Shown here piece after piece: positions 48,301 to 58,300 of a stretch of 64,000 nucleotides of DNA. Below the pieces are notes generated by a model. It was not told where the DNA came from. It did no database searches and was given only the letters and a program-made list of their open reading frames with translations. This DNA comes from Octopus vulgaris (taxonomy: Eukaryota). The position numbers and the translations under genes were made by a program. The stretch is from positions 68,076,001-68,140,000 of the forward strand of contig OX597828.1 in NCBI GenBank assembly GCA_951406725.2, given 5' to 3'. Positions within the stretch are counted from its first letter, which is position 1. Every line of letters starts with the position of its first letter.

Positions 48301-49236
48301 GTGTCTTCTGTAACACCAGAATGACCAATGCCTTGGAAGTGAATTTGGTAAACAGAGACTGGAGGAAGCCTATTGAACGTGTGTGTATATATATATATAC
48401 ATATTCATTCATGGGTGCGTATGTACATGATTGTTGACATTTTACAGCTTTTAGTGAAATGATGGCACTTAAAAAGCACCATCCGTACGTGGCCGATGAC
48501 ACGTAAAAAGCACCAACCAATCGTGGCCGTTGCCAGCCTACCCTGGCAACTGTGCTGGTGGCACGTAAAAAGCACCCACTACACTCACTGAGTGGTTGGC
48601 GTTAGGAAGGGCATCCAGCTGTAGAAACACTGCAGATCAGACTGGAGCCTGGTGCAGCATCCTACCCCGGTCGAACCGTCCAACCCATGCTAGCATGGAA
48701 AACAGACGTTAAACGATGATGATGATCTGATGTTCACATTCCTTGTTCAAATTATGACCAATTGCTCTGTGCTTTTAAATGTATGGAATAAAAATATCTG
48801 TTACTTGAAAACGAAGTAAAGGTTGGCAGCAGGAAAAGCATCTAAGTGTAAAAACCTGCCACAAATCATACTAACATAACAAAAAAAAAACATTAAATAA
48901 ATGAACATAGTAGATAATGTAGTCCTTGATAAATTGTCTTTTACCAGCAGAATAAAATTTGGCTGCTATTTCTAGCAGCTAGAATAATTGCACAGAGGCT
49001 TGGGCAGTTTTGTTCCAAAGCCAAAAGATATCTTGCAGTGATTCACTAAATGTCTCTCTTTTTTGCAGGCCAGCACCATTCTAGGAACGTATCATGACAA
49101 GAATGACTTTATATTTAAACAACAACAAATTCTTCAACAATATTGCGAGACATTTGATTCCAATTTACAACTTTCCTTGGAAAATGCAGCACCAACTCCC
49201 TGCACACCTGACCACAAATCTCTTAAGAGTCATTAG
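29654..49236 (+). CDS. SMYD3: SMYD3-like SET and MYND domain lysine methyltransferase, join of 12 exons (29654-29717, 31125-31238, 32491-32560, 33247-33362, 34575-34645, 37931-38039, 39473-39586, 42003-42075, 44257-44394, 45407-45584, 46566-46674, 49069-49236); 5' end unresolved
   Basis: All introns GT-AG with matching phases; 1324 nt join open to TAG. Encodes MYND part CPGCSLLWYCSPSCK..HRTEC, SET motifs INCFAI, IGTGIY, DHSCVPNA, IFISYI, post-SET YYFDCSCANC and a TPR-like C-terminus (VGLLLYELGKLY). Confidence 0.9.
29960..31050 (-). mobile_element. RTE LINE reverse-transcriptase fragment in SMYD intron
   Basis: GVHQGSILSPLLF, ELLYADDLALIAES, GLRVNLAKTE; frameshifted. Confidence 0.92.
31125..31238 (+). 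CDS. SMYD3: SMYD3-like exon (EMDLDVHRTECLCYQNQGDPVLPPSDIRMVLRLVIRWQ)
   Basis: tcttcAG|...CAG|gtatgt, HxxEC end of MYND plus start of SET-I. Confidence 0.9.
31837..32270 (+). mobile_element. Full-length SINE family C nested in a family-2 MITE
   Basis: ggagtggctgtgtggtaagtagc head; MITE halves on both sides. Confidence 0.88.
32491..32560 (+). CDS. SMYD3: SMYD3-like exon (NKDYCKEFVEDPMWKRQFLELMSH)
   Basis: long T tract, ccAG acceptor, C|gtatgt donor; F.EL.SH motif. Confidence 0.85.
32812..33120 (-). mobile_element. RTE 3'-UTR fragment
   Basis: (CAT)n tail, tandem units. Confidence 0.85.
33247..33362 (+). CDS. SMYD3: SMYD3-like exon (YQELKQSG...TIFEMYGK)
   Basis: ttccAG acceptor, AAA|gtgagt donor, phase 1 to 0. 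Confidence 0.85.
33440..33807 (-). mobile_element. tRNA-derived SINE family D with (CAA/CAG)n tail
   Basis: - strand gtggaggcacaatggcccaatggttaggg...ggtttcgattccc (A/B boxes); CpG-rich body. Confidence 0.75.
34195..34400 (-). mobile_element. 5'-truncated SINE B1 with TSD taaccatcaacata
   Basis: duplication on both flanks. Confidence 0.85.
34575..34645 (+). CDS. SMYD3: SMYD3-like exon (MLINCFAIPDEDYTLSIGTGIYLS)
   Basis: SET core N.F.I and G.G.Y motifs; canonical splice sites. Confidence 0.92.
34884..35530 (-). mobile_element. RTE 3'-UTR with expanded internal tandem array
   Basis: about five ~65-70 bp units. Confidence 0.85.
35710..35922 (-). mobile_element. SINE family B2 (same head as B1, different tail)
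   Basis: tail reads ggtttcaaattttggcacaaggccagcaatt on +; also ~41538-41740, 55885-56335, 58003-58215, 59835-60037, 60405-60622. Confidence 0.8.
36141..37271 (-). mobile_element. Non-autonomous Helitron, family H2 (~1.13 kb)
   Basis: - strand A|tctctctatatataaacggc 5' end; 3' hairpin cccggg..ccggg and CTAG|T. Confidence 0.8.
37931..38039 (+). CDS. SMYD3: SMYD3-like exon (SSKIDHSCVPNAVMTYNGTEQFLKALEYIPEPEPNK)
   Basis: SET (N/D)HSC.PN motif; ttgcAG / AAG|gtgagt. Confidence 0.92.
38096..38479 (+). mobile_element. Non-autonomous Helitron H1, copy 2
   Basis: near-identical to 7916-8287. Confidence 0.85.
38927..39290 (-). mobile_element. Penelope-like pLTR fragment, copy 2 (longer)
   Basis: duplicate of 25578-25801 plus ~140 nt, set between (TA)n tracts. 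Confidence 0.65.
39065..39150 (-). ncRNA. Putative minimal type I hammerhead ribozyme, copy 2
   Basis: gtgg-CTGAAGA-t-tgct..loop..agca-t-GAAAC-AATT-GTA-ctac. Confidence 0.62.
39473..39586 (+). CDS. SMYD3: SMYD3-like exon (IFISYINTDRPSWIRKDFLRNNYYFDCSCANCKETKRL)
   Basis: catalytic ISY tyrosine and post-SET F.C.C..C; tatAG / gtaagt. Confidence 0.92.
39626..40530 (-). mobile_element. Internally deleted DD41D (rosa-type) Tc1/mariner element with ~110 bp TIRs
   Basis: TIR cagggtgtccataaag / ctttatggacaccctg; FSDEVTFHVSG, QQDGAPPH, WPPRSPDITPLD with 41-residue spacing; one internal stop. Confidence 0.9.
41219..41434 (+). mobile_element. Full-length SINE B1, TSD aggttgcca
   Basis: duplication on both flanks. 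Confidence 0.88.
42003..42075 (+). CDS. SMYD3: SMYD3-like exon (DRKQTSVHCPNVQCSGFIGISSNDG)
   Basis: gattgaAG / G|gtaagt; phase 0 to 1 fits both neighbours. Confidence 0.82.
42127..42357 (-). mobile_element. SINE B1
   Basis: family match. Confidence 0.85.
42540..43712 (+). mobile_element. RTE LINE 3' fragment with UTR
   Basis: VDSFCYLG, RIRIGWAK, MLHGSETW motifs then UTR and GAT tail. Confidence 0.88.
44257..44394 (+). CDS. SMYD3: SMYD3-like exon (KEFFMLPCSVCGLRDDSSEILEE...ELDKCK)
   Basis: tcccAG / G|gtatgt; phase 1 to 1. Confidence 0.85.
44515..44958 (+). mobile_element. CR1-type LINE 3' fragment
   Basis: ADLADTHRII...RVAEAWNKLPASVV. Confidence 0.85.
45407..45584 (+). CDS. SMYD3: SMYD3-like exon (YENELQLAEE...HDTNLIYVEVMELAKEACIELRLWSKAAHYGNKVWPQR)
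   Basis: C-terminal TPR-like helix pattern (AC I.L..W..A..YG); tgttAG / gtaagt. Confidence 0.9.
45727..46455 (-). pseudogene. 5' portion of a decayed mariner (second subfamily)
   Basis: RTCRRWFAKFRSGDFSLED, KKVLLSIWWDCKGVIYFELLP; TIR tatcaggtcatcccataag. Confidence 0.88.
46566..46674 (+). CDS. SMYD3: SMYD3-like exon (QYFEHSDFRVGLLLYELGKLYLNAMEIENAREIFRK)
   Basis: GKL motif of SMYD C-terminal domain; 109 nt; AAG|gtaact. Confidence 0.88.
46705..46947 (-). mobile_element. RTE 3'-UTR fragment 30 nt after SMYD exon
   Basis: family match. Confidence 0.85.
47240..47601 (+). mobile_element. RTE 3'-UTR fragment (inverted relative to 46705-46947)
   Basis: family match. Confidence 0.85.
48460..48725 (+). 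mobile_element. RTE 3'-UTR fragment
   Basis: family match. Confidence 0.85.
49069..49236 (+). CDS. SMYD3: SMYD3-like last coding exon (ASTILGTYHDKNDFIFKQ...KSLKSH*)
   Basis: ttttgcAG acceptor, A..IL...H motif, TAG at 49234-49236. Confidence 0.85.
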   Translation, partial: ASTILGTYHDKNDFIFKQQQILQQYCETFDSNLQLSLENAAPTPCTPDHKSLKSH

Positions 49237-49384
49237 GTAAAGTAAAATAAAATGAAGATCAATTATAAAATGTCAAAATTAATGAGATCATTACAAGAAA
49301 AAGAAAAAGTTTACGATGTGAAGTTTTTGTTTTGTTTTGGTTTTTCTTCTCAGAAACATTTGCAATATCTTGAAAACATTATTA

Positions 49385-49730
49385 GCGAGGTCATTGCCAG
49401 TACCGCCTGACTGGCCCCCCCGTGCCGTGGCATGTAAAAGGGCACCATTCGAGCGTGATCGTTACCAACGTCGCCTTACTGGCACCTGTGCCGGTGGCAT
49501 GTGTAAGATTCGAGCGAGGTCATTGCCAGTATCGCCTGACTGGCCCCTGTGCCGGTGACATGTAAAAAGCACCCACTACACTCTCAGAGTGGTTGGCGTT
49601 AGGAAGGGCATTCCAGCTGTAGAAACTCTGCCAGATCAAGACTGGAGCCTGGTGCAGCCATCTGGTTCACCAACCCTCAGTCAAAATCGTCCAACCCATG
49701 CTAGCATGGAAAGCGGACATTAAACAATAA
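49385..49730 (+). mobile_element. RTE 3'-UTR fragment
   Basis: family match. Confidence 0.85.
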
Positions 49731-49744
49731 GATGGTGAAACTGA

Positions 49745-50135
49745 CAGAATCGTTAGCAAGCCCGTGGCCCTCAACATGTCGGGTGGAAACCTCCAGTTGT
49801 CTTCCACATCATGTGATGCTATATCCCCCTCTATTTTGTCAAAAGCTTCAAGTAATACGTCTCTAAATCTCTGTCCATTTTCAGGATCTTTAAGCTTCCA
49901 GACCCTTCTCCTCCATGCTGGTCGTCTTCTGGGCATCCATTTAGCCCCAATCCTGAAGCTGTTAACTACAAATCTATGTTGTGGGGTGCATTCTTCACCT
50001 GGGAAGGTTTTGGCATTTATAAGTAACCATCTTTCCCGTTTCCTGGCAAGGATGTAGTCAATTTGACTAATGTGTCTACCAGATCGGTAGGTGAATAGGT
50101 GACTGGCAGGTTTCCTGAAGTTAGTGTTATTCTGT
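49745..50135 (-). mobile_element. RTE LINE AP-endonuclease C-terminal fragment
   Basis: NTNFRKPASHLFTYRSG..SQIDYIL..PGEECTPQHR. Confidence 0.88.
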
Positions 50136-52277
50136 AATAAGAGTTGGGCAATGAAAAACATATTAATGCTTAGGAGACAACAGGGCCGATCTATTGGCCA
50201 AGAAGTCGAATGACAAAGAAAATTGTATTAGTTCATTCAATTTCCTACAAGAATATAGTTTTATATATGAAAAGTAATAACTTTATTTTTTATAATTTTT
50301 TTTGAAAAATAAGTGCATGCCCTCTGTAGGACTTGTGAAAAGGGCTCCGTCTTCTTGGCACTGAAACTCCAAATGAGGCTCTGTCTCTAAAGGGTGAATA
50401 AGTAAGAATTCCACGACAGCACAAAGAACACAGGACAGGGTAAATAGAAAACACTCAAATCAACCCAATTTGAAATAGACTGGCTTTATTTAAGGGTGGT
50501 TTTTGCAGGGTATTAGGGTGTCTCTTTCTCTCTAAAATAGTCATTCTTCTCTCTCAGATCCTTCAGTTTAGCAAAACAAGTACTGTTCTATCCTTTTCTT
50601 ATTTTTTTAACTATTAGTTAGATTACTCTGTGTAAAAATGTATATGTGTATATAACTCTGTGTGTATGCATGTCTGTGTGCACATGCATTTCCTCACTGC
50701 ACATAGCAGAAGTTACTTGAAGCTGATCTTTTTCTCCATTGCTATTCAGGTCCTTGTTTTCAGTTGCTGTGAAAATACAGAAACAGCAAGAGAAGTGTTA
50801 CTTTCAAAGAAATATATTCATTTGTTTTGACACTTCTTTTTTCCATGCTGGCATGGGTTAGACAAAAACATTATTGAGACATTGTTTTGCAGCTGGATGC
50901 CCATCCAGTCTCTAACCCTTACCTGATTTTCAAATACAGGAATATATATACGTTATATGTATGTATACATACATTAATATATACACACTCAACATTTGTT
51001 GTTTAGTTAGATTTAGCCAGTAGGGTCTTGGTCGTGACTACTAAACATTGCCTCTACACTTTATTGAGGTCAAGCTAGGTCAGGGGAGAGCCACATACAT
51101 AGAGGGCCTCATTAAAAAGTGTGACTTTTACTTTCTTGACCAATCTTAGTTGTGAGGCAGTTTGACCCGGTCGAGGCAAAGGGGGGCAACTGCCTTCATC
51201 ATAGTCTTGTCATGGAATCCATCTTCAAGATGACAAAAGTGATAAGAACAGGTTGGTTGGGGAGAAAGAGGACAGGCAAGCCTGGCCCTTGGGGCACTAA
51301 TCCCTTTCAACTGCCATATGTCCCAGCATTCATGTGTCTTGCTACATGTGGCAAGTGGTAAACCACTTTGGAGTGAAAGCAGTCTGTTTCTACTGCTACA
51401 CTTTGCATCTGGTCTTGCCAGGAAGTTTGATGTCCAGTACGACAATTTGTTCTAATATCATGGATAGAACTGACTAGTCTCTGTGGTCTGGTCTATGTAA
51501 TATATATATATATATATATATATACATACACACATACATACATACATATACATGCACACACAAACATACATAGAGTAAAAAGCGATAGACCTGTGACGAT
51601 GATAACAGTAGGCAAGAAACGAATTTAGATAAAATAATATTGAAGGTAAAATTCAGTTTTTGGGGGGTTTGTTTTTAAAAGACAAATAGTTAAAAATAGA
51701 AAAAGAATCACATGTTCTGCTGGTAGAGAAAACTGAAGAATAGTTTGGGGTGAGCATTTGGGTGTGAAATGTGAGAGGTCAAATGTCACAAAAAGAATAA
51801 ATGAAAGTTTTAGTTTTAGAGATAATCCATATAGGCACACATCACGCAACCCACATACATACACACACACACAAACATACATACAGGTCTCACACACACA
51901 CACATCTGTTCTCCTTGCATGTCATAAAAGAAGCCAGTCCCTTCAAAGTCTGAGAGGTGTGTTCCAAAATCAGCTGCAGAAACTAAGATTATTTGTTGTT
52001 GTAGTTGTTCACCATATGGAGACTGGAACTGTTGAAGACAACCATCCAGTAAATACCGTAAAAAAAAAAAAAAAAAAAAGAGCCAACTTCAGTCATTTTC
52101 TTCAGATTGTCACCAAATTCTCAAAGATGTCAGAAGAAGGTGAAAGAACGGTGTAAAAAAAAATTATTTAAAAATATTTTCAGATTTCTTTCATTTATGT
52201 TCCATTTACTTTGTTTTCTGTCAGTGTTGAAGCAGAGGAATTTAATGTCTTTGATTTAGTTCTTATTATTAAGTAGA

Positions 52278-52338
52278 TTACCGAAAGAGGCGGGCAAATT
52301 CTTTCACAGCATTGCACACTTGTTTTACAGACTCCGCA
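52278..52338 (-). CDS. TNPO3: TNPO3 last coding exon ([20 protein letters not shown])
   Basis: ttgcAG acceptor, conserved C-terminus, TAA stop. Confidence 0.93.
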
Positions 52339-55300
52339 CTGCAAATTGGAGAAACGAAAATGTAAAATATTAAAAAAGGCATCGAATGAAATTGTGATGG
52401 AAGATTTAAGAAAAATTATTTTAACTTTTAGACAAGAAATGGAAAAACAAAAAACACAGTGGCAGAAGTGTGACAGATTTGAACTCAGAACACAGGGGTT
52501 CCAGATAAACACTTAAAGTCTTGAAGGACATTCTATTATAATAAAAACAAGGGAGATATGGGTTTCTCTACAATGATGTGAGTAATTTCATTTCTGTAGT
52601 TTTAACCAAATTGGTGCATCAATATTTTGAGTTCTCTTCATTTAGGTAAAGAAGAATATAGTTTATGTCCAACCGAGGTTAATCTGTGGAAGAGGTAGAC
52701 CCAGGAAGATGTGGGATGAAGTGGTGAAATATGACCTTGAGATGTTGAGCCTCACAGAGGTGATGACAAGTGACCGAAACTTTTGGTGATTCCCTGTGCT
52801 GCTGAAGAAGGCACATGAAGCCTAGTGAAATCGTAGGTGCGACCAGTGCTGGTGACACAAGAGGCACCTGTGCCAGTTACACGTAATAGGCACCCATGCT
52901 GATGACACGTAAAAGACACCAGTATACTCTGTGGAGTGGTTAGTGTTAAGAAGGACATCCAACCATGGAAACCAAGCCAGGTGCAGCTCTAGTTTACCAG
53001 CCCCCAGTCAAACCATTCTATCCATGCCTCTATGGAAAACGAATGCTAAATGATGATGATGATGAAATAAGGATATTTCACTCTTGGAGTGGTTGGCGTT
53101 TGGAAGGGCATCCAGCTGTAAAAACTCTGCCAGATCAAGATTGAAGCCTGGTGCAGCCACCAGGTTCGCCAGCCCCTCAGTCATTCGTCCAACCCATGCT
53201 AGCATGGAAAATGGATGTTAAACGATGATGATGAGGATTCTGAGAATAGACACTTTTGAAGGGTTTTCTCCAACATCACCAAAGTCCAAAAATTATAACA
53301 AATAAAATGAAACCATCAAGAATGTTATTCCATTTCCTGAGCCACTATTCTACTGAGCCAAATTCTTGTTTTATTCACTTAGCACTACAGATTTCAGTTT
53401 GCCTGGCTGACAAAAGGTGCCACCCCTTGCTTCACAGCTGAGTGGTTAACAGCAGGAAGCAAGTACAGACACCAAAGCATGAAATCAATTACTCAAAATA
53501 ATATGCAAATGTACAAATTTATATAAAAAAAAAACAATTCTAATAAGGAGAGTGGATGAAAAGCAGAAAGGAAGAAAAAAATGTGTTTAGGAACACACAC
53601 AAACAAGCTAATGAAGGAGTCTCATACAAAGCAAGACATAACAGCTGAATGCCCCCGCAAATTACATTGGACAATGTAGTGACTGATATAAAAATGGACC
53701 AGTTGGTCATGGTTGGCACAAGGTCGGCTTGATCAAAGTTGACCTGGGGTTAAAAAGCAACAACACACAAAATAAATAACTGACTAAAATCTTACCTTGT
53801 AACAGCTTTATGAAATTCTGTAAGCTGTGTATGGGTGGCCGTAATGGTACCACCACTGCTCTCAGTTGGTAAAGATTTTAGTGTAACTTCCAGCCATTGA
53901 CAGAAGGTCTAGCAGTAGAAAACAGCAAAGAGAAAAATAGCTTAAAAAATAGAAAACAATAATAATTTTCATCAACAACAACAGCTTTACTTCAGTAACA
54001 TCATGAAATATTTTCTTCTCATATGTCAATCACTGGGATTAGAACTCAAGAGCTAAAGTATTTCGGCTGGTACTCTATCTATGATACCACACTCTCAATG
54101 GCGCCAACAAATTTGGGATTCTTGATATCTCCATATTTTCCATTGAAAAACCTTTAAATTCGGAATCACTGCTTGATAGCGTGAAACTCCTATCCATTCT
54201 CAAAGTTGAATACAAAAATCGACGCCAAAAAAATGTGGAAAAAATCTTCCAAAATTCACTGAGTTCAGATATCACATCAAGTAATGTCAGATACTATAAT
54301 TCAACTATCTACAAAGTGAAATCACATATTTTCACAAATGTACTAACAAGATTTGTGCTTAAATTCACATTTAAATAACAATGGGTACTCTCGGCCGGCT
54401 TTGGCCTGGTTGATCTTATGAACCAAAATATTTTTCGGCCAGCCACGGCCAGGTTAGTATCGAAAGGGTTAGGAAGAGCTAAAGATTGAACACAAATGCA
54501 GGATTTTTAAGTCTCTGCACCACTGCTAATTGTTGACCTTAATTAGGTTAATTTTTCTTTTTGAGAGAATTCAAGCAAGCCTCCTTATTTGGCAGGCCTG
54601 TAGGTGGTGCTGGGGGGCTGGTTTTTAAATTTTGAAAATGATTAAGTATCTACCCTCAAAGAAATCAGAAACAGGAAAAACAAACCTACAAGTTTGGCTC
54701 CTTAAAACAAGGAGGCAGCCAGTATATGACCGCATCACCTAATAGAAATAGCAGCCAGATCTTCCTAAAATTACTAAAAGAAGAACATACTGGATAAGTA
54801 ATTCTAGATGTGCTATAATATAAAAATGGTTATGACCAGAACATCTTTGGTCCTACGTCTGCTTGAGTGAGGCTGAACAAGAGCAAGATAAAGGAGAGCA
54901 ACTGACCGGTCTGTCGAAGAGCATCAATTCGTAGATCACATCAGCAACGTCTGAGACCATGTAAGTAGGAAGACAATAGACAGCCGTATTGAGGAGAGAG
55001 TGCACTAGTGTTTGGCCATGTTCTCGTAGTAAGTCTTCGACTAATGTGCGTCGTGTCTCAAAGTCATCTTTATGCTGAAAGAAAAGGAACAAAAACAGAC
55101 TCATATATTTAGATAGCATTTAGTAATATCAGTTATATAATAGAACATTTCACACATGTACATATATAGCAACCACGACATCATGTAATAGTTGTAAGCA
55201 TGGGTCACCATGATACAAACAGTGTCTTTTATTTCCAATTTTCTGTCTGGTCATGAGGGAAGTGACAGATACTGGTGTCACACAAATGGCACCCATGCTG

Positions 55301-58300
55301 ATGGCATGTAAAAGCACCCATTACACTCTCAGACTGGTTGGCATTAGGAAGGGCATCCAGCCATAGAAAACCATGCCAAATCAGACTGGAGCCTAGCACA
55401 GCCTTCCAGCTTACCAGCGCTGGTCAAACCGTTCAACCTATGCCAGCATGGACAATAAATGATGATGATGTTTTCACAGCAGATGTCAATAACGATGCCG
55501 TCTACATGGTGACTGGACTTACACAGCATATCAGACAATGAAATAACACACACACACATAATGGGTTTCTTACAATTTCCATCAACCAGTTCCACCTACA
55601 AGATATTGGTTGACCACAGCAGAAAGAAAGCAGAAACATGTGGCTGTGAAATGGATTTAATCATAGGACTATGCCTGTACCAGTAAACAGTAGACTTCTT
55701 ATCCAGATGGTCATACTGTCCTGCCAGCCCAAGGAGTATTTTCCCCAGCCTGGTTCACTTTGACATTTCTGCCTTTCAAAAAAAGGTTAAAGGTCATATT
55801 AGATAATGCAATCATAGACAATACTATAAATAGCAAAACTGGATCCCTTTTAATCATAAGTCTGATTAAACAGGACTAATTAATGATGATTTCAAATTCT
55901 GGCACAAGGCCAACAAGTTTGGAAGAGGGGCAAGTACAATTACATCAACCCCAGCGCTCAGCTGGTATTTATTTTACGAGCTGGCAGAATCGTTAACAAG
56001 GTGGACAAAATGCTTAGTGGTATTTCGTCTGCCGCTACGTTCCAAGTTCAAATTCCGCCAAGGTCGACTTTGCCTTTCATCCTTTCGGGGTCGATTAAAT
56101 AAGTACCAGTTATGCACTAGGGTTGATGTAATCAACTTAATCCGTTTGTCTATCCTTGTTTGTCCCCTCTGTGTTTAGCCCCTTGTGGGTAATAAAGAAA
56201 TAGGTATTTATTCTAATAAACCCAAGAGGATGTAAGAAAAGTCAACCTCAGCAGAATTTGAACTCAAAACACAAAGACGGACAAAATATTGCTAAGCATT
56301 TCGCCTGCCATGCTAACAATTCTGCCCGTTTACCACTTTGGACTAATTAAGAATAAAGGTAATAATAAAAACAGCAGTCATAATAATAATTAATAACAAT
56401 AATAATAAATAAAAGGATTTTTTAAAGTAAAATATTTGACTTACTTCTTTTGCTGTTGCACAGTTAATTAAATCTTCAAGAAATTTCATCACAGATGCAT
56501 TAGCATCTCTGTGATCAAGAGAACATGCTGCTATTGAACAGCAGAGAATAGCCTTAGACATCTGACACTGTAAAAAGGCAACAGGTGCTCTCTGCACGAA
56601 CCTGAAACAGAATGGAATCATGTGATACAATGAAACAACACAAATTTGGGAATAATTACAAAAGGGTAGTATGATTTATCTGGCTACAGGGGTCTACCTA
56701 GGTCCTCAAACTGCTAGAAATAACAGTCATCTCTTCCTCAGTAAGTGATATTGGGTCCTAGACATGCTTCTAAAAAAAAAAAAGGCAGAATAGTCGTGGT
56801 TGGAACACCTCAGATCATAGGCCTGCAATGTCAGTGTTAGCCTGGAGTTAAACAACAATAACCATGAGTTTGTTTGTGTTTTGTTGTAAAAAGTGTTTTC
56901 AAAGTGAGGGACAGAAGAATTCCAGGGAAAATAAAAGACAAGGGTGTGCGGTTAAGAAGGTTATTTAGCAATCTTGTGGTTCTGGGTTCAATATCAGTGT
57001 ATGATACCTTGAGCAAGTATCTTCTTCAGCAAGTCTTTCAGCAACACAAGTTTAAAGAATGAAACCAGTTAAACAGGAAACTGTGTGGAAGACTGTCAGA
57101 GGGGCTACATGTACTGTGTAGTGGCCCTTATCCACTGCCCAGTTTTCCACCAACTCTATCACCACCTGTCAGAAGGATTGTACCTTTTGTTGTGTAGTGA
57201 ACTTCATCCACTGCTCAAGTCTCCAGTCTGTAGACCACTCTATCCTACTGCAGCAGCCCTAAGAGTCGTGGTTTAAGCGCCTACCCCTCTCCAACCCTTT
57301 CTTCTTCATTAGGCCCTACAATAAAAGGGTCAAGGCTGTCGTAACCCTTCCTGCTTGAAACCATTAAGAATAATTAAAAGTTTTTCAGAGAGCAAACCTG
57401 AGGCAAAGACGAAATAAGTCGTCGACAGTGTCAGGATGGTTGCGAAGACCATTATGTTCTTCAAGTTGTTTGAAGGCCGGCGTACAAAATGCCTACAAAA
57501 CAAAAAAAAAAACAAAACACTGGGTAAAATACATATTGAAAAAAAAATTAATAAACAAAATGGAAATAACCTGAAAGTTTGTAATTTCTTGCAAAAGAAA
57601 CAAATGAGAAAATGGTAGCATCATAAGTAAGTTAAAAGAGACATGGTTGTGAAGTAAGTTTGTTTCACATGTATATTCATGTAGGATTCAATCTGCCAAG
57701 AGTCATGGAGATTTAGAAACTATTTACTTCATGTTAAAGTTATCTTCAAACAACGCATTCATTGAAACTGCAAAAATGGTCAGGGAGTATGTAATAACTA
57801 GCAATAAAAAAACTAGAACAATTTCAATAAAATATCGAGTTTGTTGTCCTTACTTGCAGCATATTCAATAAACCAGGGACACAATTAGGGTCTGTGCCAT
57901 ATTCATCAACTAAAATACTTCCAAGATAAAGAAAACAGGAGTGTTGATGGACTTGATACAGAGTAACCATCTGCAAAGGGAGAAAAAAATAATTAATAAT
58001 AATGGTTTCAAACTTTGGCACAAGGCCAGCAATTTCAGGGTAGGGGTTAAGTCAATTACATTGATCCAGTGTTCAACTAGTACTTACTTTACCGACCCCA
58101 AAAGGATGAAAGACAAAGCTGACCTTGGTGGAATATGAACTCAGAACATAAAGATGGACAAAATACTGCTAAGCAATTTGTTCAATGTGATCACAATTCT
58201 GCCAGCTGGCCACCTTATTGATGATGATGATAATAATAATAATCCTTTTGCCGTTTTAATAGCAACCAAACTGAAACGACTCATTTAAATTTTATCAAAG

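Noticed and set aside
53330-53460. Possible intronic snoRNA-like hairpin in TNPO3
   Set aside because: Only partial pairing; no convincing C/D or H/ACA boxes
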